Source: Mayamaea pseudoterrestris
Taxonomy: Eukaryota
Direction of reading: 5' to 3'
DNA: 64,000 nt
NCBI GenBank assembly: GCA_027923505.1
Contig: BROI01000017.1
Coordinates: forward strand, 558,001 to 622,000
The translations under genes and the position numbers were made by a program. The notes below the pieces were generated by a model. It was not told the origin of the DNA, searched no databases, and saw only the letters and a list, made by a program, of their open reading frames with translations. Every line of letters begins with the position of its first letter. The first letter of the stretch is position 1. Below, one piece after another: positions 34,841-46,711 of this stretch.

Positions 34841-37800
34841 AAAATGACAAGACTGTCAGTCCCATTCAATGCTATACTCCATGTTTGTTGTATCTAGGGT
34901 CTGTGGGCCATCCATGGTGATGGATAATGAGGTGCATGTGACCAAATTCCTTGCCCATCATGTCTTTAAACATGAAGTGAAAGGGATTGAGGGGCTCAGT
35001 AGGCAATGGTGATGATTCCTGTAGCCAAAAAGGGGGCACTGCTGGCACATTCAATCATTGGTTGAATGTGCGGAGTTTTCTGGCATGGTGATTGGTTCCA
35101 CACCCAAAATGACAAGACTGTCAGTCCCATTCAATGTTATACTCCATGTGTGTTGTATCTAGGGTCTGTGGGCCATTCAGGCAGTTGGACTTGCCCCTTG
35201 AGGTGCATTGCTCGCAGATCCAAGAACTTGTTGGATCTGCCAAGCATCACCAACAGCATCCATGGTGATGGATAATTAGGTGCATGTGACCAAATGCCTC
35301 TCTCATCATGTCAACCAACCTGAATTGAAAGTGATTGAGGGGCTCAGCAGGCAATGCTGATGATCCCTGTAGCCAAAAAGGGGGCACGGCTGGCACATTC
35401 AACCATTTGTTGAATGTGCGGAGTTTTCCGGCATGGTGATGGGTTCCTTACCCAAAATGACAAGACTGTCAGTCCCATTCAATGTTATACTCCATGTGTG
35501 TTGTATCTAGGGTCTGTGGGCCATTCAGGCAGTTGGACTTGCCCCTTGAGGTGCATTACTCCCAGATCCAACAAATGTTGGATCTTCCAAGCATCACCAA
35601 CAGCATCCATGGTGATGGATAATGAGGTGCATGTGACCAAATGCCTCTCTCATCATGTCAACCAACCTGAATTGAAAGTGATTGAGGGGCTCAGCAGGCA
35701 ATGCTGATGATCCCTGTAGCCAAAAAGGGGGCATGGCTGGCACATTCAACCATTTGTTGAATGTGCGGAGTTTTCCGGCATGGTGATGGGTTCCACACCC
35801 AATATGACAAGACTGTCAGTCCCATTCAATGCTATAATCCGTGTTTGTTGTATCTAGGGTCTGTGGGCCATTCAGGCAGTTGGACTTGCCCCTTGAGGTG
35901 CATGGCTCGCAGATCCAACAAGTTGTTGGATCTGCCAAGCATCACCAATAGCATCCATTGTGATGGATAATGAGGTGCATGTGATCAAATGCCTTGCTCA
36001 TCATGTCAACAAACCTGAATTAAAAGGGATTGAGGGGCTCAGGAGGTGATGCTGATGACCCCCGTAGCCAAAAAGGGGCACTGCTGGCACATTCAACCAT
36101 TGGTTGAATGTGCGGAGTTTTCCGGCATGGTGATGGGTTCCACACCCAAAATGACAAGACTGTCAGTCCCATTCAATGTTATACTCCATGTTTGTTGTAT
36201 CTAGGGCTGTGGGCCATTCAGGCAGTTGGACTTGCCCCTTTAGGTGCATTGCTTGCAGATCCAACAAGTTGTTGGATCTGCCAAGCATCGCCAAAAGCAT
36301 CCATGGTGATGGATAATGAGGTCCATGTGACCAAATTCCTCGCTCATCATGTCAACAAACCTGAATTGAAAGGAATTAAGGGGCTCAGCATGCAATGCTG
36401 ATGACCCCCGTAGCCAAAAAGGGGGCACTGCTGGCACATTCAACCATTGGTTGAATGTGCGGAGTTTTCCGGCATGGTGATGGGTTCCACACCCAATATG
36501 ACAAGACTATCAGTCCCATTCAATGCTATACTCCATGTTTGTTGTATCTAGGGTCTGTGGGCCATTCAGGCAGTTGGACTTGCCCCTTGAGGTGCATTGC
36601 TCGCAGATCCAACAAGTTGTTGGATCTGCCAAGTATCACCAATAGCATCCATGGTGATGGATAATGAGGTGCATGTGACCAAATGCCTCACTCATCATGT
36701 CAACAAACCTGAATTGAAAGGGATTGAGGGGCTCAGCAGGCAATGCTGATGATTCCTGTAGCCAAAAAGGGGGCACTGCTGGCACATTCAACCATTGGTT
36801 GAATGTGCGGAGTTTTCCGGCATGGTGATGGGTTCCACACCCAAAATGACAAGACTGTCAGTCCCATTCAATGCTATACTCCATGTTTGTTGTATCTAGG
36901 GTCTGTGGGCCATTCAGGCAGTTGGAATTGCCCCTTGAGGTGCATTGCTCGCAGATCCAACAAGTTGTTGGATCTGCCAAGCATCACCAATAGCATCCAT
37001 GGTGATGGATAATGAGGTGCATGTGACCAAATTCCTCGCCCATCATGTCTTTAAACATGAAGTGAAAGGGATTGAGAGGCTCAGGAGGTGATGCTGATGA
37101 TCCCTGTAGCCAGAAAGGGGGCACTGCTGGCACAATCAACCATTGGTTGAATGTGCGGAGTTTTCCGGCATGGTGATGGGTTCCACACCCAAAATGACAA
37201 GACTGTCAGTCACATTTAATGATATACTCCATGTTTGTTGTATCTAGGGTCTGTGGGCCATTCAGGCAGTTGGACTTGCCACTTGAGGTGCATTGCTCGC
37301 AGATCCAACAACTTGTTGGATCTGCCAAGCATCACCAATAGCATCCATGGTGATGGATAATTAAGTCCATGTGATCAAATTCCTTGCTCATCATGTAAAC
37401 AAACCTGAATTGAAAGGGATTGAGGGGCTCAGCAGGCAATGCTGATGATTCCTGTAGCCAAAAAGGGGGCACTGCTGGCACATTCAACCATTGGTTGAAT
37501 GTGCGGAGTTTTCTGGCATGGTGATGGGTTCCACACCCTAAATGACAAGATTGTCAGTCCCATTCAATATTATACTCCATGTTTGTTGTATCTAGGGTCT
37601 GCGGGCCATTCAGGCAGTTGGACTTGCCCCTTGAGGTGCATTACTCCCAGATCCAACAAGTTGTTGGATCTGCCAAGTATCGCCAATAGCATCCATGGTG
37701 ATGGATATTGAGGTGCATGTGACCAAATGCCTCACTCATCATGTCAACAAACATGAATTGAAAGGGATTGAGAGGCTCAGGAGGTGATGCTGATGATCCC

Positions 37801-40800
37801 TGTAGCCAAAAAGGGGGCACTGCTGGCACATTCAACCATTGATTGAATGTGCGGAGTTTTCCGGCATGGTGATGGGTTCCACACCCAAAATGACAAGACT
37901 GTCAGTCCCTTTAAATGTTATACTCCATGTTTGTTGTATCTAGGGTCTGTGGGCCATTCAGGCAGTTGGACTTGCCCCTTGAGGTGCATTGCTCGCAGAT
38001 CCAACAAGTTGTTGGATCTGCCAAGTATCACCAATAGCATCCATGGTGATGGATAATGAGGTGCATGTGACCAAATTCCTAGCCCATCATGTCAACAAAC
38101 ATGAATGGAAAGGGATTAAAGGGCTCAGGAGGCAATGCTGATGATCCCTGTAGCCAAAAAGGGGACACTGCTGGCACATTCAACCATTGGTTGAATGTGC
38201 GGAGTTTTCCGGCATGGTGAAGGGTTCCACACCCAAAATGACAAGACTGTCAGTCCCATTCGATGTTATACTCCATGTTTGTTGTATCTAGGGCCTGTGG
38301 GCCATTCAGGCAGTTGGACTTGCCACATGAGGTGCCTTGCTTGCAGATCCAACAAGTTGTTGGATCTGCCAAGTATCACCAATAGCATCCATGGTGATGG
38401 ATAATGAGGTGCATGTGACCAAATTCCTCGCCCATCATGTCAACAAACATGAATTGAAAGGGATTGAGGGGCTCAGCAGGCAATGCTGATGATCCCTGTA
38501 GCCAAAAAGGGGGCACTGCTGGCACATTCAACCATTGGTTGAATGTGCGGAGTTTTCTGGCATGGTGATGGGTTCCACACCCAAAATGACAAGACTGTCA
38601 GTCCCATTCAATGTTATACTCCATGTTTGTTGTATCTAGGGTCTGTGGGCCATTCAGGCAGTTGGACTTGCCACATGAGGTGCATTGCTCGCAGATCCAA
38701 CAACTTGTTGGATCTGCCAAGCATCACCAATAGCATCCATGGTGATGGATAATGATGTGCATGTGACCACATTCCTAGCCCATCATATCAACAAACATGA
38801 ATTGAAAAGGAATTGGAGGGCTCAGCAGGCAATGCTGATGATCCCTGTAGCCAAAAAGAGTGCACTGCTGGCACATTCAACCATTTGTTGAATGTGCGGC
38901 GTCTCCTGGCATGGTCATGGGTTCCACACCCAAAATGACAAGACTATCCATCCCATTCTATGTTAAACTCCATGTTTGTTGTTTTCTAGGGCTGGCGGTC
39001 CATTCAGGCAGTTGGACTTGCCCTTTGAGGTGCACGGCTCTTAGATTTAAGTTGTTGGATCTGCCAAGTATCACCAGTGGTATCCATGGTGATGGATAAT
39101 AAAGTGCATGTGACCAAACTTCTAGCCCATCATGTCATTGCTTGCAGATCCAACAAGTTGTTGGATCTGCCAAGCATCGCCAAAAGCATCCATGGTGATG
39201 GATAATGAGGTCCATGTGACCAAATTCCTCGCTCATCATGTCAACAAACCTGAATTGAAAGGAATTAAGGGGCTCAGCATGCAATGCTGATGACCCCCGT
39301 AGCCAAAAAGGGGGCACTGCTGGCACATTCAACCATTGGTTGAATGTGCGGAGTTTTCCGGCATGGTGATGGGTTCCACACCCAATATGACAAGACTATC
39401 AGTCCCATTCAATGCTATACTCCATGTTTGTTGTATCTAGGGTCTGTGGGCCATTCAGGCAGTTGGACTTGCCCCTTGAGGTGCATTGCTCGCAGATCCA
39501 ACAAGTTGTTGGATCTGCCAAGTATCACCAATAGCATCCATGGTGATGGATAATGAGGTGCATGTGACCAAATGCCTCACTCATCATGTCAACAAACCTG
39601 AATTGAAAGGGATTGAGGGGCTCAGCAGGCAATGCTGATGATTCCTGTAGCCAAAAAGGGGGCACTGCTGGCACATTCAACCATTGGTTGAATGTGCGGA
39701 GTTTTCCGGCATGGTGATGGGTTCCACACCCAAAATGACAAGACTGTCAGTCCCATTCAATGCTATACTCCATGTTTGTTGTATCTAGGGTCTGTGGGCC
39801 ATTCAGGCAGTTGGAATTGCCCCTTGAGGTGCATTGCTCGCAGATCCAACAAGTTGTTGGATCTGCCAAGCATCACCAATAGCATCCATGGTGATGGATA
39901 ATGAGGTGCATGTGACCAAATTCCTCGCCCATCATGTCTTTAAACATGAAGTGAAAGGGATTGAGAGGCTCAGGAGGTGATGCTGATGATCCCTGTAGCC
40001 AGAAAGGGGGCACTGCTGGCACAATCAACCATTGGTTGAATGTGCGGAGTTTTCCGGCATGGTGATGGGTTCCACACCCAAAATGACAAGACTGTCAGTC
40101 ACATTTAATGATATACTCCATGTTTGTTGTATCTAGGGTCTGTGGGCCATTCAGGCAGTTGGACTTGCCACTTGAGGTGCATTGCTCGCAGATCCAACAA
40201 CTTGTTGGATCTGCCAAGCATCACCAATAGCATCCATGGTGATGGATAATTAAGTCCATGTGATCAAATTCCTTGCTCATCATGTAAACAAACCTGAATT
40301 GAAAGGGATTGAGGGGCTCAGCAGGCAATGCTGATGATTCCTGTAGCCAAAAAGGGGGCACTGCTGGCACATTCAACCATTGGTTGAATGTGCGGAGTTT
40401 TCTGGCATGGTGATGGGTTCCACACCCTAAATGACAAGATTGTCAGTCCCATTCAATATTATACTCCATGTTTGTTGTATCTAGGGTCTGCGGGCCATTC
40501 AGGCAGTTGGACTTGCCCCTTGAGGTGCATTACTCCCAGATCCAACAAGTTGTTGGATCTGCCAAGTATCGCCAATAGCATCCATGGTGATGGATATTGA
40601 GGTGCATGTGACCAAATGCCTCACTCATCATGTCAACAAACATGAATTGAAAGGGATTGAGAGGCTCAGGAGGTGATGCTGATGATCCCTGTAGCCAAAA
40701 AGGGGGCACTGCTGGCACATTCAACCATTGATTGAATGTGCGGAGTTTTCCGGCATGGTGATGGGTTCCACACCCAAAATGACAAGACTGTCAGTCCCTT

Positions 40801-43800
40801 TAAATGTTATACTCCATGTTTGTTGTATCTAGGGTCTGTGGGCCATTCAGGCAGTTGGACTTGCCCCTTGAGGTGCATTGCTCGCAGATCCAACAAGTTG
40901 TTGGATCTGCCAAGTATCACCAATAGCATCCATGGTGATGGATAATGAGGTGCATGTGACCAAATTCCTAGCCCATCATGTCAACAAACATGAATGGAAA
41001 GGGATTAAAGGGCTCAGGAGGCAATGCTGATGATCCCTGTAGCCAAAAAGGGGACACTGCTGGCACATTCAACCATTGGTTGAATGTGCGGAGTTTTCCG
41101 GCATGGTGAAGGGTTCCACACCCAAAATGACAAGACTGTCAGTCCCATTCGATGTTATACTCCATGTTTGTTGTATCTAGGGCCTGTGGGCCATTCAGGC
41201 AGTTGGACTTGCCACATGAGGTGCCTTGCTTGCAGATCCAACAAGTTGTTGGATCTGCCAAGTATCACCAATAGCATCCATGGTGATGGATAATGAGGTG
41301 CATGTGACCAAATTCCTCGCCCATCATGTCAACAAACATGAATTGAAAGGGATTGAGGGGCTCAGCAGGCAATGCTGATGATCCCTGTAGCCAAAAAGGG
41401 GGCACTGCTGGCACATTCAACCATTGGTTGAATGTGCGGAGTTTTCTGGCATGGTGATGGGTTCCACACCCAAAATGACAAGACTGTCAGTCCCATTCAA
41501 TGTTATACTCCATGTTTGTTGTATCTAGGGTCTGTGGGCCATTCAGGCAGTTGGACTTGCCACATGAGGTGCATTGCTCGCAGATCCAACAACTTGTTGG
41601 ATCTGCCAAGCATCACCAATAGCATCCATGGTGATGGATAATGATGTGCATGTGACCACATTCCTAGCCCATCATATCAACAAACATGAATTGAAAAGGA
41701 ATTGGAGGGCTCAGCAGGCAATGCTGATGATCCCTGTAGCCAAAAAGAGTGCACTGCTGGCACATTCAACCATTTGTTGAATGTGCGGCGTCTCCTGGCA
41801 TGGTCATGGGTTCCACACCCAAAATGACAAGACTATCCATCCCATTCTATGTTAAACTCCATGTTTGTTGTTTTCTAGGGCTGGCGGTCCATTCAGGCAG
41901 TTGGACTTGCCCTTTGAGGTGCACGGCTCTTAGATTTAAGTTGTTGGATCTGCCAAGTATCACCAGTGGTATCCATGGTGATGGATAATAAAGTGCATGT
42001 GACCAAACTTCTAGCCCATCATGTCAACAAACATGAATTGCAAGGGATTGGAGGGCTCAGCGGGCAATGCTGATGATCCCTGTAGCCAAAAAGGGGGCAC
42101 TGCTGGCACATTCAACCATTGGTTGAATAGCGAAGTTTTCCGGTATGGTGATGGGTTCCACAACCTAAATGACAAGATTATCAGTCCCATTCAATGTTTA
42201 CTTTCTTGTTTGTTGTATCTAGGGTCTGTGGGCCATTCAGGCAGTTGGACTAGCCACTTGAGGTGCATGGCTCACAGATCCAAGTTGTTGGATCTGCCAA
42301 GTATCACCAGTAGTATCCATGGTGATGGATAATGAGGTGCATGTGACCACATTCCTAGCCCATCATGTCAACAAACATGAATTGAAAGGGATTGGAGGGC
42401 TCAGCAGGCAATGCTGATGATCCCTGTAGCCAAAAAGGGTGCACTGCTGGCACATTCAACCATTCATTGAATGTGCAGAATCTCTTGGCATGGTGATGGG
42501 TTCCACACCCAAAATGACAAGACTATCCATCCCATTCTATGTTAAACTCCATGTTTGTTGTATTCTAGGGTCTGTGGGCCATTCAGTCAGTCTGTCTGGC
42601 TTGCCACTTGAGGTGCACTGCTCGCAGATCCAACAAGTTGTTGGATCTGCCAAGCATCACCAATAGCATCCATGGTGATGGATAATGAGGTGCATGTGAC
42701 CAAATTCCTCGCCCATCATGTCTTTAAACATGAATTGAAAGGGATTGAGGGGCTCAGCAGGCAATGCTGATGATCCCTGTAGCCAAAAAGGGGGCACTGC
42801 TGGCACATTCAACCATTGGTTGAATGTGCGGAGTTTTCTGGCATGGTGATGGGTTCCACACCCTAAATGACAAGACTATCAGTCCCATTCAATGCTATAC
42901 TCCATGTTTGTTGTATCTAGGGTCTGTGGGCCATTCAGGCAGTTGGACTTGCCACTTGAGGTGCATGGCTCGCAGATCCAAGTTGTTGGATCTGCCAAGT
43001 ATCACCAGTGGCATCCATGGTGATGGATAATGAGGTGCATGTGACCAAATTCCTAGCCCATCATGTCAACAAACCTGAATTGAAAGGGATTGAGGGGCTC
43101 AGTAGGCAATGCTGATGATTCCTGTAGCCAAAAAGGGGGCACTGCTGGCACATTCAACCAATTTCCGGCATGGTGATGGGTTCCACACCCGAAATGACAA
43201 AACTGACAGTCCCATTCAATCTTATACTCCATGTTTGTTGTATTCTAGTGTCTGTGGGCCATTCAAGCAGTTGGACTTGCTACTTGAGGTGCTTTGCTTG
43301 CAGATCCAACAAGTTGTTGGATCTGCCAAGTATCACCAATAGCATCCATGGTGATGGATAATGAGGTGCATGTGACCAAATGCCTCGCTCATCATGTCAA
43401 CAAACCTGAATTGAAAGGGATTGAGGGGCTCAGCAGGCAATGCTGATGATCCCTGTAGCCAAAAAGGGTGCACTGCTGGCACATTCAACCATTTGTTGAA
43501 TGTGCGGAATCTCTTGGCATGGTGATGGGTTCCACACCCAAAATGACAAAATTATCCATCCCATTCTATGTTAAACTCCATATTTGTTGTATTCTAGGGT
43601 CTTTGGGCAATTCAGGCAGTTGGACTTGCCACTTGAGGTGCATGGCTTGCAGATCCAAGTTGTTGGATCTGCCAAGTATCACCAGTGGCATCCATGGTGA
43701 TGGATAATGAGGTGCATGTGACCAAATTCCTAGCCCATCATGTCAACAAACATGAATTGAAAGGGATTGAGGGGCTCAGCAGGCAATGCTGATGATCCCT

Positions 43801-46711
43801 GTAGCCAAAAAGGGGGCACTGCTGGCACATTCAACCATTTGTTGAATGTGCGGAGTTTTCCGGCATGGTGATGGGTTCCACACCCAAAATGACAAGACTG
43901 TCAGTCCCATTCAATGTTATACTCCATGTTTGTTGTATTCTAGGGTTGGTTGGCCATTCCAACAGTCTGGCTTGCCACTTGAGGTGCTCTGCTCACAGAT
44001 CCAACAAGTAGTTGGATCTGCCAAGTATCACCAGTGGTATCCATGGTGATGGATAATGAGGTGCATGTGACCAAATTCCTAGCCCATCATGTCAACAAAC
44101 ATGAATTGAAAGGGATTGGAGGGCTCAGCAGGCAATGCTGATGATCCCTGTAGCCAAAAAGGGTGCACTGCTGGCACATTCAACCATTCATTGAATGTGC
44201 GGAATCTCTTGGCATGGTGATGGGTTCCACACCCAAAATGACAAGACTATCCATCCCATTCTATGTTAAACTCCATGTTTGTTGTATGCTAGGGTCTGTG
44301 GGCCATTCGGGCAGTTGGACTTGCCACTTGAGGTGCATGGCTCACAGATCCAAGTTGTTGGATCTGCCAAGTATCACCAGTGGCATCCATGGTGATGGAT
44401 AATGAGGTGCATGTGACCACATTCCTAGCCCATCATGTCAACAAACATGAATTGAAAGGGATTGGAGGGCTCAGCAGGCAATGCTGATGATCCCTGTAGC
44501 CAAAAAGGGTGCACTGCTGGCACATTCAACCATTGGTTGAATGTGCGGAGTTTTCCGGCATGGTGATGGGTTCCACACCCAAAATGACAAGACTGTCAGT
44601 CCCATTCAATGTTATACTCCATGTTTGTTGTATCTAGGGTCTGTGGGCCATTCAGGCAGTTGGACTTGCCACATGAGGTGCATTGCTCGCAGATCCAACA
44701 AGTTGTTGGATCTGCCAAGCATCACCAATAGCATCCATGGTGATGGATAATGAGGTGCATGTGACCAAATTCCTCGCCCATCATGTCAACAAACATGAAT
44801 TGAAAGGGATTGAGGGGCTCAGCAGGCAATGCTGATGATCCCTGTAGCCAAAAAGGGGGCACTGCTGGCACATTCAACCATTGGTTGAATGTGCGGAGTT
44901 TTCCGGCATGGTGATGGGTTCCACACCCTAAATGACAAGACTATCAGTCCCATTCAATGCTATACTCCATGTTTGTTGTATCTAGGGTCTGTGGGCCATT
45001 CAGGCAGTTGGACTTGCCCCTTGAGGTGCATTGCTCGCAGATCCAACAAGTTGTTGGATCTGCCAAGCATCACCAATAGCATCCATGGTGATGGATAATG
45101 AGGTGCATGTGACCAAATGCCTCATTCATCATGTCAACAAACCTGAATTGAAAGGGATTGAGGGGCTCAGCAGGCAATGCTGATGATCCCTGTAGCCAAA
45201 AAGGGGGCACTGCTGGCACATTCAACCATGGAGTTTTCCGGCATGGTGATGGGTTCCACACCCAAAATGACAAGACTGTCAGTCCCATTCAATGTTATAC
45301 TCCATGTTTGTTGTATCTAGGGTCTGTGGGCCATTCAGGCAGTTGGACTTGCCACTTGAGGTGCATTGCTCGCAGATCCAACAAGTTGTTGGATCTGCCA
45401 AGTATCACCAATAGCATCCATGGTGATGGATAATGAGGTGCATGTGACCAAATGCCTCTCTCATCATGTCAACAAACATGAATTGAAAGGGATTGAGGGG
45501 CTCAGCAGGCAATGCTGATGATCCCTGTAGCCAAAAAGGGGGCACTGCTGGCACATTCAACCATTGGTTGAATGTGCGGAGTTTTCCGGCATGGTGATGG
45601 GTTCCACACCCAAAATGACAAGACTGTCAGTCCCATTCAATGTTATACTCCATGTTTGTTGTATCTAGGGTCTGTGGGCCATTCAGGCAGTTGGACTTGC
45701 CACATGAGGTGCATTGCTCGCAGATCCAACAACTTGTTGGATCTGCCAAGTATCACCAATAGCATCCATGGTGATGGATAATGAGGTGCATGTGACCAAA
45801 TGCCTTGCTCATCATGTCAACAAACCTGAATTGAAAGGGATTGAGGGGCTCAGCAGGCAATGCTGATGATTCCTGTAGCCAAAAAGGGGGCACTGCTGGC
45901 ACATTCAACCATTGGTTGAATGTGCGGAGTTTTCCGGCATGGTGATGGGTTCCACACCCAACATGACAAGACTATCAACCCCATTCAATGTTCTACTCCA
46001 TGTTTGTTGTATTCCAGGGTCTGTGGGCAATACAGGCAGTTGGACTTGCCACCTGAGGTGCATTACTCACAGATCCAACAAGTTGTTGGATCTGCCAAGT
46101 ATCACCAATAGCATCCATAATGATGGATAACGAGGTGCAAGTGGCCAAATGTCTAGCCCATCATGTCAACAAACATGGATTGAAAGTGATTGAGGGGCTC
46201 AGCAGGCAATGCTGATGATTCCTGTAGCCAAAAAAGGGGCACTGCTGGCACATTCAACCATTGGTTGAATGTGCGTAGTTTTCCGGCATGGTGATGGGTT
46301 CCACACCCAAAATGACAAGACTGTCAGTCCCATTCAATGTTAAACTCCATGTTCACTGTATTCTGGGGTCAGCGGGCCATTCCGGCAGTCTGGCTTGCTA
46401 CTTGAGGTGCACTGCTTGCAGACCTAACATGATTCATCCAGAGTCAGATTGGTCCCTTCCCCTGGTGCAAAGTAAAAATTCCTGCATGCTGAACGCATTT
46501 GCCAACATTTCAGCTGCATTTTGTTGTTCCATTGGAACTGCCACGCAGCCAGGTAAGACCCCGCGGTCGCTCCAAGGGAGATGTGTAATAGCTCGGCAAA
46601 CGAAACCGGAACGACATGAAGCAACCTTCGCGGCGCGAGCCTTTCACTTTTCCACCATGGAAAGGATCTGAACGGGAACTGCATCATTTTTTCCCACTTA
46701 CCAATTCCAAC

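Larger units (their letters stand above)
27317..46429. repeat. Tandem satellite array, 348-bp unit (dimer of diverged ~174-bp halves), roughly 45 units, interrupted by a Copia element
   Basis: Near-identical units recur every 348 bp (e.g. ATGTGCGGAG at 36455/36803 and 37847/38195/38543). Each unit has two 27-bp palindromes. Frequent indels and stops indicate non-coding DNA. Confidence 0.98.

Noticed and set aside
27317..46429. CRISPR-like array (27-bp palindromes at regular spacing)
   Set aside because: The intervening 142/152-bp segments are repeated rather than unique spacers, no cas genes are present, and the context is eukaryotic.
27585..46671. Dozens of 60-100-aa ORFs (MCGVFRHGDG...) as a peptide gene family or a 116-codon repeat protein
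   Set aside because: Stops interrupt the frames I read, frame-breaking indels are common between units, and the ORFs simply track the DNA repeat.
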